This document shows, in pieces, positions 1 to 6,153 of a DNA stretch of 14,025 nucleotides. The stretch is from an uncultured archaeon (GTDB lineage: Archaea; Altiarchaeota; Altiarchaeia; IMC4; SCGC-AAA252-I15): NCBI GenBank assembly GCA_964587725.1, contig CAZPLO010000030.1, positions 1 through 14,025 on the forward strand. Direction: 5' to 3'. Numbering within the stretch: the stretch's first letter is position 1; each line of letters begins with the position of its first letter. The notes beneath the pieces were generated by a model that saw only the letters and a program-made list of their open reading frames with translations, was not told the DNA's origin and ran no database searches. Both the position numbers and the translations under genes were made by a program.

Positions 1-9
1 TGATATGAA

Positions 10-80
10 TGCGCCCACCGGGATTTGAACCCGGGTTTCAAGCTTGGAAGGCTTGAGTCCTACCACTAGACTATGGACGC
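10..80 (-). tRNA. tRNA-Gly(TCC), intronless, CCA not encoded
   Basis: Reverse complement GCGTCCATAGTCTAGTGGTAGGACTCAAGCCTTCCAAGCTTGAAACCCGGGTTCAAATCCCGGTGGGCGCA folds as a cloverleaf: acceptor GCGTCCA/TGGGCGC, anticodon arm CAAGC-CTTCCAA-GCTTG (TCC), T-arm CCGGG-TTCAAAT-CCCGG, discriminator A. Confidence 0.97.
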
Positions 81-103
81 GTGGATGTTATATGTTGCCT
101 AAG

Positions 104-119
104 GTTTAATACGTTTTGT
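104..119 (-). promoter_or_regulatory. Putative BRE/TATA promoter of tRNA-Gly
   Basis: Minus strand reads CAAAACG-TATTAAAC about 25-30 nt upstream of the tRNA 5' end, the usual archaeal spacing. Confidence 0.6.
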
Positions 120-131
120 GTACCACACTCA

Positions 132-200
132 GAGGGGTTGAGCGAAGCGAACGCCCCTCCCAGGCGTGGACGGACTGAACCGTCCGACTATGGACGCGTG
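132..200. repeat. Double-hairpin element ending in a 15-bp copy of the tRNA-Gly 5' end
   Basis: Inverted repeats GAGGGG(132-137)/CCCCTC(154-159) enclosing GAGCGAAGCGAA and GGACGG(168-173)/CCGTCC(180-185). GACTATGGACGCGTG at 186-200 is identical to 69-83. Confidence 0.75.
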
Positions 201-251
201 CGAGTGAAAGTGATGTGTTTTTGGTGTCTGTTTATTACGTATTTGGGGTTT

Positions 252-3029
252 TTATTTGCCGAGTTTTTTGTTTATGGCTTCGAGTTCTTTTTTGATTTTT
301 TCTGCGGCGTCTAGTTCGCGGGCGTCTTCCTCCGGTTCCTCGGGGGGTTCCTCTGGTTTCAGGGTTTCCGGGGGTTTCTCCTGTTCGGGGGTTTTTTCGG
401 GTTCTTCCGCGGGTTTTTCCTCTGTCTGCGGCTGCTGGGCGGGTTTTTCAGGCTCCTCTTTTTCAGTGGGTTTGGTGCCTCCTTTGGCTAGCAGGGCGTC
501 CAGGCGCTTGCTTATGTCCTCCCGGGATTCGGGTTCCGGTGTCTGTTCCTGTTTTGTCTCCGGTTTTTCGGCGGGCGGTTTGTTTTCAGCGGCTTTCTCA
601 GCTTCCTCCTCGGACTCTGGTATTTCGGAGAGTATTTGGAGTAGCGGAGACTCCTCTTCCTGCGGGTGCTCCGGCTTCGGAGGCTGCTCCTCCGGCTTCG
701 GAGGCTGCTGCTCTTCCTTCTCCTCCGGCTCCGGCTCCTTCTCCTGCGGCTCCGGCTCCTCCTCATCCTTGGCGGGTTCTTCGGGGATGAGGGGGGTGTA
801 GTCTACTTCCAGCTCCTTCTTTGGCTTTTTCTTTCGGAGTCTAGAGTATATGAGGTATGCTGCCGCAGCCAGTATCAGTAGTGTTGCTGCGGCTGCCAGC
901 GGCAGGATTAGGGTGGAGATGTCGACGCCTTGTGTTTTCCTCTGCTCCTCTTCGGCTTCGAGTATGAGGTTGCCGGATTTGATGGCGTTGTCGTGGTCTT
1001 CTATGGTTCTGTAGAGTTGCCGGGCTTTGGCTGCGTAGTCTTTCGCCAATTCATACTGTTGGGCTGTGAGGTGTTCGAATGCCGTGGCGTAGTTTTGCTG
1101 CGCTTCCACTCCGGTGTTGCAGGTGGAGAGGAGTGTGGCTGCGGTCGCCTGGTTTCCGGTCTCACCCAGGTCGGCGTAGATGCCGAGTGCCTGCGTGGCC
1201 TGGTCGACGCAGCCGTGGTAGTTGCCTTCCTCGTATGCGGTTAGGGCGCGGCCGTAGTGTGACGCTGCCGTAGCCAGCCTCGCCTGTATCTCCAGCTGCT
1301 CCTCAATGCGTGACAGCAGCGTGTCGGCCGCCGTTATCCTTCCGCTGTCTCCTACGATGGCGTATGACTGCTTCGCCGACGTCGCGTGTTCCTTCGCGGC
1401 CTCGTAGTTTTCCTGCTGGTACAGCCGCAGCGCCTGGTCGTAGTTGTTGTTGGCGCTCCTGTATTCGACGGTGTTGTTGACGAGTTTCTCCGCCTTGAGT
1501 ATGTTGGCTTCGTCTTCCAGGGTGCGGTACATCTCCAATGCCTTCAATGCGTATATGCTGCCTTCAACGTAGTCTTCGGCGCGGTTGTATTCCAGGGCCT
1601 GCTGGTAGTAGCCCTGCGCGGTTATCTGGTCTATTGCGTCGTCCACCAGGTCTGTTGCCGCTGCCGCGTTCACTGTGTCGTCCAGTGACAGGTAGATGAG
1701 GTGGGCTTCCGCAGCCAACTCCCTTGTTGCTGGGTAGTCGCCTGCCGTGTAGTTTCGGCGGGCCTGCACCATGAGCTTGTCCGCCTGCACGTATTTAACG
1801 GAGGTGTTGGAGAGTTCCCTGGCCTTCCTCACCTGTTCGGTGTCGTTGAGTTCGGCGTAGATTTCCTGCGCCGCGAGGGCGTGGTTCCTCGCCTTGGAGA
1901 AGTTCCCGGAGGCGTAGTGCGCCAGAGCCTTCTGGAGGTTGTCGTCTGCCGTGAGGTCGCGGAGGTAGTCTTGGTTTATCCTGTATGCCGTGATTTTCCT
2001 AGCACCCAACACTATCAGGTTGGTTTCCCCCTCCCAGAGGTCGGCGGCGGCGAGTTCGACTATTGGATACCCTACTTCGTGGGTCCACTTCAGCCGCCCC
2101 ATGTGGTCTAACGCGTATACCGTGTCCGCTGCCGCTACGAACACTTCGGGGGTGTTGTCTCCGTCCAGGTCGCCTGCGGTCACGGTCGGCTTCACCACCC
2201 GGACGGTGGTGTTCCACATCAGTTTGCCGGCGGCGCTCAACGCAGTGACCTGATCGTCTTCCGAGACTGCGAGAACCTCCTTGAGCCCGTCCCGGTTTAT
2301 GTCTTCACCGTACACTGCGACGACGGTGTCGCCGGGGTTGTACCTCCACATCCTGGCGCCGGTGTTCTTGAGGGCGTGGACGTAGTTGAAGGAGCCGGCA
2401 ATTATCTCCGGCACCCCGTCTCTGTTCAGGTCTGACGCATGTACTGCGCCGACTGTGCCTTCGGCGGTGTACTTCCACCGGAGGGTGCCGTCGCTGTTCA
2501 GCGCGTACACTGCGCCATCACGGGTTCCGGAGATTATTTCGAGGCTGTCGTCGCCGCCGAGGTCTGCTGCATCGAGTGAGACGGAGTAGCCGTAGTCGCG
2601 GTGCACCCACTTCAGCTGGTTGTTCTGCAGGTTCGGGTTCCTCTCCAGCACGAACACGGGGGACGCGTACGGCGACATACCGAAGGAGCAGGTCTTCGCC
2701 TCCACCACGGAGCCGACGACTATCTCCGTGTAGCCGTTGCCGTCTACGTCGTCGACCACGAGTGCGTTGGGGCTGTTCTGCGGCCATATCACTGATATCT
2801 TGTTCCGCCAGATGAGGACTCCGTTGTTGTCTAGGAGGTATGCGTAGCTGCCTTGTTCGCTGAACAAACCCACGGTTATTTCCAGGCTGCCGTTGCCTTC
2901 GACGTCGCGGACCTCCAGTAGGTCGCCTCCCAGGTCTATGCTCCACGCCTCCGCCAGGGGGTCGTATGTGACTGCATCAGCGAGTGCCGACGCCAAGATT
3001 AGTATGACAGCAGCTTCCAGGACTTTCAT
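252..3029 (-). CDS. Type I membrane surface protein (925 aa): signal peptide, FG-GAP/PQQ-like beta-propeller, TPR-like helical repeats, one TM helix, acidic Pro-rich cytoplasmic tail
   Basis: Start re-called at ATG 3029 (MKVLEAAVILILASALADA, signal-peptide-like). Seven DxDxDG-like motifs (DVEGNG, DVDGNG, DLGGDD, DLNRDG, DINRDG, DLDGDN, DLWEGE), several followed by G-x-L-x-W; six helical repeats of about 55-60 aa; TM LILPLAAAATLLILAAAAYLIY followed by RLRKKKPKK; E/P/K-rich tail. Confidence 0.88.
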   Translation of the reverse strand: MKVLEAAVILILASALADAVTYDPLAEAWSIDLGGDLLEVRDVEGNGSLEITVGLFSEQGSYAYLLDNNGVLIWRNKISVIWPQNSPNALVVDDVDGNGYTEIVVGSVVEAKTCSFGMSPYASPVFVLERNPNLQNNQLKWVHRDYGYSVSLDAADLGGDDSLEIISGTRDGAVYALNSDGTLRWKYTAEGTVGAVHASDLNRDGVPEIIAGSFNYVHALKNTGARMWRYNPGDTVVAVYGEDINRDGLKEVLAVSEDDQVTALSAAGKLMWNTTVRVVKPTVTAGDLDGDNTPEVFVAAADTVYALDHMGRLKWTHEVGYPIVELAAADLWEGETNLIVLGARKITAYRINQDYLRDLTADDNLQKALAHYASGNFSKARNHALAAQEIYAELNDTEQVRKARELSNTSVKYVQADKLMVQARRNYTAGDYPATRELAAEAHLIYLSLDDTVNAAAATDLVDDAIDQITAQGYYQQALEYNRAEDYVEGSIYALKALEMYRTLEDEANILKAEKLVNNTVEYRSANNNYDQALRLYQQENYEAAKEHATSAKQSYAIVGDSGRITAADTLLSRIEEQLEIQARLATAASHYGRALTAYEEGNYHGCVDQATQALGIYADLGETGNQATAATLLSTCNTGVEAQQNYATAFEHLTAQQYELAKDYAAKARQLYRTIEDHDNAIKSGNLILEAEEEQRKTQGVDISTLILPLAAAATLLILAAAAYLIYSRLRKKKPKKELEVDYTPLIPEEPAKDEEEPEPQEKEPEPEEKEEQQPPKPEEQPPKPEHPQEEESPLLQILSEIPESEEEAEKAAENKPPAEKPETKQEQTPEPESREDISKRLDALLAKGGTKPTEKEEPEKPAQQPQTEEKPAEEPEKTPEQEKPPETLKPEEPPEEPEEDARELDAAEKIKKELEAINKKLGK
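669..709. repeat. 21-bp-period tandem repeat encoding QPPKPE twice in the low-complexity tail
   Basis: CTCCGGCTTCGGAGGCTGCT at 669-688 and 690-709. Confidence 0.8.
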
Positions 3030-3051
3030 TGTTAGATAGTGGCATACGGCC

Positions 3052-3061
3052 CTTATATATT
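3052..3061. promoter_or_regulatory. Putative shared bidirectional TATA box
   Basis: CTTATATATT lies in the middle of the 51-bp gap between divergent ATGs at 3029 (-) and 3081 (+), 20-30 nt from each; no SD motif before either start. Confidence 0.55.
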
Positions 3062-3080
3062 CCTCCTCAGAGTATGTATT

Positions 3081-3770
3081 ATGCGTCGTGGGGGAGCTGT
3101 TCAGGAGGGGGAGACCCTGGTTGTTCTGCCGGCGTACAACGAGGGGGGGGTGCTCTCTGAGACGCTGGAGAAGCTGCGAGAGAGCGTGAAAGCGGATCTG
3201 CTGGTGGTGGACGACGGCAGCTCGGACGATACGGCGGACATAGCGCGTGCCGCGGGCGCGAGGGTGGTCAGCCACGCCGTGAACCTGGGATTGGGGGCGG
3301 CGTTGTCCACCGGCCTGGAGGTCGCCCGCCGCGAAGGCTACGAGAGGATGGTTACGTTCGACGCCGACGGACAGCACAGCCCCGAAGACATAGGTAGGCT
3401 GCTGGAAGAACTCGGCGGCTGCGACGTCGTAATAGGCGTGCGGACGGTGCACGGCGAGCGGATGCCGCTGGTGAAGAAGATAGGGAACCACATACTGAAC
3501 ATTCTGACCGCGGTGGTGTTCCAGACATACTGCAGGGACAGCCAGAGCGGGCTGCGGGCGTTCAACCGGAAGGCGATCGATTCCCTGGAGTTGAAGGCCA
3601 ACAGGTATGAGGTGTCGTCTGAAATACTGTATGAGGCCGGGAGGAATGGTTTGACGGTGGGGGAGGTTCCGGTGGACGCCATATACACGGAGCATTCCAT
3701 GAGCAACGGCACCGGCGTGAAGGACGGTTTTAAGATACTGTGGCGTATGTTATTACACAGGGGCAGGTGA
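3081..3770 (+). CDS. GT2 family glycosyltransferase, DPM1-like (polyprenol-phosphate sugar synthase), 229 aa
   Basis: Motifs VVLPAYNE, VVDDGSSDDT, NLGLGAAL, FDADGQH, DSQSGLRAF typical of DPM1-like GT2; ATG at 3081 preferred over GTG 3039. Confidence 0.93.
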   Translation: MRRGGAVQEGETLVVLPAYNEGGVLSETLEKLRESVKADLLVVDDGSSDDTADIARAAGARVVSHAVNLGLGAALSTGLEVARREGYERMVTFDADGQHSPEDIGRLLEELGGCDVVIGVRTVHGERMPLVKKIGNHILNILTAVVFQTYCRDSQSGLRAFNRKAIDSLELKANRYEVSSEILYEAGRNGLTVGEVPVDAIYTEHSMSNGTGVKDGFKILWRMLLHRGR

Positions 3771-3772
3771 AG

Positions 3773-4099
3773 ATGATAGTCGAGGTTTTCGGGATACTGT
3801 TTTCGTTGTTCGCTTTGAGCAGGGCGGTGCTCCGGTTCAGGGAGGGCCGGCTCAGCTGGGGGATGCTCGCCGTCTGGAGCCTGGCGTGGCTGACGGTTAT
3901 AGCGTTCATACTGTCGCCCGCCAGCTTCGAGCGGGTGTCTAAGGCCATAGGCGTGCAGCGGCCCCTGGATTTGATGCTGATTGCGGGGGTTATTTTCTCG
4001 TACTACCTGGTGTTCCGCATCTACATTTACGTGGAGGAAATCCGGTCCGACATGGCGAAGGTGGTGCGTGAAGTGGCGTTGGAGAAGGATGGAAAATAA
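3773..4099 (+). CDS. DUF2304-like small membrane protein, 108 aa
   Basis: Three hydrophobic segments, W-x-x-x-W and GVQRPLDL motifs, C-terminal 'VREVAL' helix. Starts 2 nt after the GT2 stop (alternative GTG 3767 overlaps it); this family commonly pairs with DPM1-like GT2. Confidence 0.82.
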   Translation: MIVEVFGILFSLFALSRAVLRFREGRLSWGMLAVWSLAWLTVIAFILSPASFERVSKAIGVQRPLDLMLIAGVIFSYYLVFRIYIYVEEIRSDMAKVVREVALEKDGK

Positions 4100-4116
4100 G
4101 GTGGCCCTGGGGGGGT

Positions 4117-4632
4117 TTAATTGGAGCAGCTTCCAGCCAGTTTCTCGACGCCCGTGAACGACTTGCCTTCTACGCCGTGTTCGCGGTTGCTGTACTGGAA
4201 CGTCACATCGAACGAGTACGAGCCCCCGGATGTGCAGTTGAACGGCGCCGTGGCCTCCCACTTGTAGTAGTCGCCGGGCAGCAGGGTCAGGCCAAGCGCG
4301 GTGGTGCTGTCTCCGCCGTCTATGGAAACCCAGTCGACGGTGACCTGGTATTCCTTGTTGTTCTGCAGCACCAGGGTGCTGTTCTGGCTTGCAGACGTCT
4401 GGAATATCTCCCAGTCCATAATACCTATGTCCGCGGACTTCCAGTAGATAGCACCCTTCTTCTTGTACGTTGTCGCTGTTCCAATCTTGATGAAACCCGA
4501 TAGAACACCGACAGCAACCACCGCGATAACAATCGCGATAGCAAGAAGAACCAGATACTCTACAGACGTCTGCCCCTTCCTGCCGGTTCTGAACGCTTTC
4601 AACGATTTCATGTTTTTCCCCGAGCCAAACAC
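4117..4632 (-). CDS. Class III signal peptide (type IV pilin-like) protein, paralog 2
   Basis: RKG|QTSVEYLVLLAIAIVIAVVAVGVL prepilin cleavage motif with Q+1/E+5; beta-rich body with two Cys. Start is GTG 4632 or ATG 4611. Confidence 0.9.
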   Translation of the reverse strand: MFGSGKNMKSLKAFRTGRKGQTSVEYLVLLAIAIVIAVVAVGVLSGFIKIGTATTYKKKGAIYWKSADIGIMDWEIFQTSASQNSTLVLQNNKEYQVTVDWVSIDGGDSTTALGLTLLPGDYYKWEATAPFNCTSGGSYSFDVTFQYSNREHGVEGKSFTGVEKLAGSCSN

Positions 4633-4656
4633 CTGTAAACAATTGGGATATAGTAT

Positions 4657-4664
4657 TATATAAA
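4657..4664 (-). promoter_or_regulatory. Putative TATA box of pilin paralog 2
   Basis: Minus strand TTTATATA about 25 nt upstream of GTG 4632. Confidence 0.6.
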
Positions 4665-4689
4665 GCAGGGAGCTTCAGCTGGGAAAGAT

Positions 4690-4733
4690 AAAATAAAAAG
4701 AAAAGAGGATCCTGCCCTCGCGGACAGGGACTC
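4690..4733 (-). terminator. Hairpin plus T-tract terminator after pilin paralog 1
   Basis: Minus strand CCTGTCC-GCGA-GGGCAGG (GNRA loop, one G-U pair) followed by CTCTTTTCTTTTTATTTT, starting about 20 nt after the stop at 4750. Confidence 0.75.
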
Positions 4734-4749
4734 AAAGCCAGTCAACCCC

Positions 4750-5256
4750 TTATGCGGAGGTTGAGCAGGTTCCTGCTAGCTTCTCGACGCCCGTGAACGA
4801 CTTGTCGAGCACGGAGTGCTCCAGGTTGTCGTACTGGAAGGTTATCTCATACGAGTATGAGCCTCCCGCCGTACAGCTGAAGTTGCCGTTGTCGGTCTCC
4901 CACTTGTACGTGTCACCCGGTAGCAATGTCTGGGCTATGGCTATCGTGGATGTTCCGCCGTCGGTCGATATCCAGTCGATCCGAATCTGGTATTCCTTGT
5001 TGTTCTGGAATACCAAGGTACTGTTGGTCAAGGAGACATCGTATACCTCCCAGTCCATAATACCTATGTCCGCGGACTTCCAGTAGATAGCACCCTTCTT
5101 CTTGTACGTTGTCGCTGTTCCAATCTTGATGAAACCCGATAGAACACCGACAGCAACCACCGCGATAACAATCGCGATAGCAAGAAGAACCAGATACTCT
5201 ACAGACGTCTGTCCCTTCCTGTCGCTTTTTACTGCCTTTAAAGGTTTCATGTTCAT
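4750..5256 (-). CDS. Class III signal peptide (type IV pilin-like) protein, paralog 1
   Basis: Same RKG|QTSVEYLVLLAI motif; SD GGGGGTGA upstream (better spaced to ATG 5250 than 5256); two Cys at the same positions as paralog 2. Confidence 0.92.
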   Translation of the reverse strand: MNMKPLKAVKSDRKGQTSVEYLVLLAIAIVIAVVAVGVLSGFIKIGTATTYKKKGAIYWKSADIGIMDWEVYDVSLTNSTLVFQNNKEYQIRIDWISTDGGTSTIAIAQTLLPGDTYKWETDNGNFSCTAGGSYSYEITFQYDNLEHSVLDKSFTGVEKLAGTCSTSA

Positions 5257-5281
5257 CTCACCCCCCTATTTTTATTTGATG

Positions 5282-5403
5282 GCTTGGTGGTATTCACCAA
5301 GCGTTTATATGGTTAGCCATTGGAGGCAACCCATATAAATACCGCCGGTTAATACGCCATCATAGGGGTTATAAACTAGGTTTTACAATATAAATACCTT
5401 TCG
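5282..5403 (-). promoter_or_regulatory. Complex promoter region of pilin paralog 1 (two identical TATA elements plus palindromes)
   Basis: ATATAAATACC at 5333-5343 and 5388-5398 (minus GGTATTTATAT, the distal one preceded by BRE-like CGAAA). Inverted repeats GCTTGGTG/CACCAAGC (5282-5302) and TTTATATGG/CCATATAAA (5304-5339). Confidence 0.65.
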
Positions 5404-5451
5404 GTTGGTTTCACGGCCGGATAGTGGTATACACGAAGGGTTTATAAGCCT

Positions 5452-6153
5452 TCAGCCCGGCTGCCAGAAGAGTTTCTCCTCAGGCGAGATCTTTATGCCG
5501 TTGTCGAATATGAAGGGCACTATCTTCCGGGAGTGGTCTGAGCCCCGCATCTTCAGCACCTCTATGGCGTTCTGCCGGACGTTCCTTATCTGGATATTGT
5601 AGAGTATGATGACGCCGTCGACCACGTATTCCTCGAAGCCTATGCCCAACGTGGAGGCGGGCATCCTCTCCGCCTCCAACGTCATGAGGCTGGTGCAGTT
5701 GTTTTTCCGCAGCCACTCGCAGAATTTGAGCAGGCTCATCTTCCGGTCGAACAGGTCTTTGACGATGATGTTGAACGTGCTCAGCGGATCTATCACGAAC
5801 CGCTTAGCGTCCATCGACTTTAGGGTGTCCCGTATTTCGCCGTAGTCTTCGCGGATGACCTGCATGACGTCCGACGGGTCCAGGCGTAGGACGGTCAACT
5901 TCTCCTGTTTTTCAAGCTTGTTCAAATCCCACCCGTACTGGCCCATGTACTGTTTCAGCATGCCGGGGGTCTCGTTGAAGCTTACGTAGACTCCATTTTC
6001 ATTATACTCAGTGGCGCCGTTGTACAGGTATTGTAGGCAGAGGGTGGTTTTCCCGCTGCCTGCGCCGCCCGCCACAATGGTGGAGGAGCCCTCCGGCAGC
6101 CCGCCCGAAAGCATCTCGTCCAGCCCCGGTATCCTGGTCTCAACCTTTTTCAT
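5452..6153 (-). CDS. Single-domain KaiC/RAD55-family RecA-like ATPase, 233 aa
   Basis: TRIPGLDEMLSGGLP start, Walker A GGAGSGKT, YVSFNE, Walker B RFVIDPL, VDGVIIL, EVLKMRG arginine-finger motif. Overlaps the upstream gene by 14 nt. Confidence 0.93.
   Translation of the reverse strand: MKKVETRIPGLDEMLSGGLPEGSSTIVAGGAGSGKTTLCLQYLYNGATEYNENGVYVSFNETPGMLKQYMGQYGWDLNKLEKQEKLTVLRLDPSDVMQVIREDYGEIRDTLKSMDAKRFVIDPLSTFNIIVKDLFDRKMSLLKFCEWLRKNNCTSLMTLEAERMPASTLGIGFEEYVVDGVIILYNIQIRNVRQNAIEVLKMRGSDHSRKIVPFIFDNGIKISPEEKLFWQPG

Larger units (their letters stand above)
4408..5211. repeat. 165-bp perfect direct repeat (4408-4572 = 5047-5211) shared by the two pilin genes
   Basis: Base-by-base comparison shows no mismatch over 55 codons. 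Shorter identical blocks at 4142-4165/4781-4804 (24 bp) and 4345-4365/4987-5007 (21 bp). Confidence 0.95.

Noticed and set aside
121-197. Second, intron-containing tRNA-Gly
   Set aside because: After the GTGGTA match the sequence does not continue into an anticodon arm or 3' half, and no clear bulge-helix-bulge is visible.
69-200. attL/attR of an integrated element at tRNA-Gly
   Set aside because: The repeats are only 117 bp apart, involve the 5' rather than the 3' end, and no integrase is present. Kept only as an unexplained duplication.
81-314. 77-aa plus-strand ORF
   Set aside because: It spans the tRNA promoter and hairpins and overlaps the 3' end of the surface protein gene; no SD and no protein-like features.
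3030-3695. N-terminal 222 aa of the 1147-aa ORF
   Set aside because: It is the antisense shadow of the GT2 gene. The signal peptide and TATA spacing point to ATG 3029 as the real start.
3338-4735. 465-aa minus-strand ORF and other long overlapping ORFs (11933-12943, 8292-9026, 11222-11926, 12775-13470)
   Set aside because: They are alternate-frame or antisense shadows of well-supported genes in GC-rich DNA, with no motifs of their own.
4408-5211. CRISPR array or diversity-generating retroelement TR/VR pair
   Set aside because: Only two long coding repeats with no spacers. The identical block has no mismatches, differences elsewhere are not confined to adenines, and there is no reverse transcriptase or cas gene in the window.
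5452-6153. Calling this gene arlH (flaH) or circadian kaiC
   Set aside because: It is single-domain, lacks the S/T phospho-sites, has no kaiA/kaiB or adjacent arlI/arlJ, and its motifs look like the generic archaeal KaiC/RAD55 group. A phylogeny is needed.
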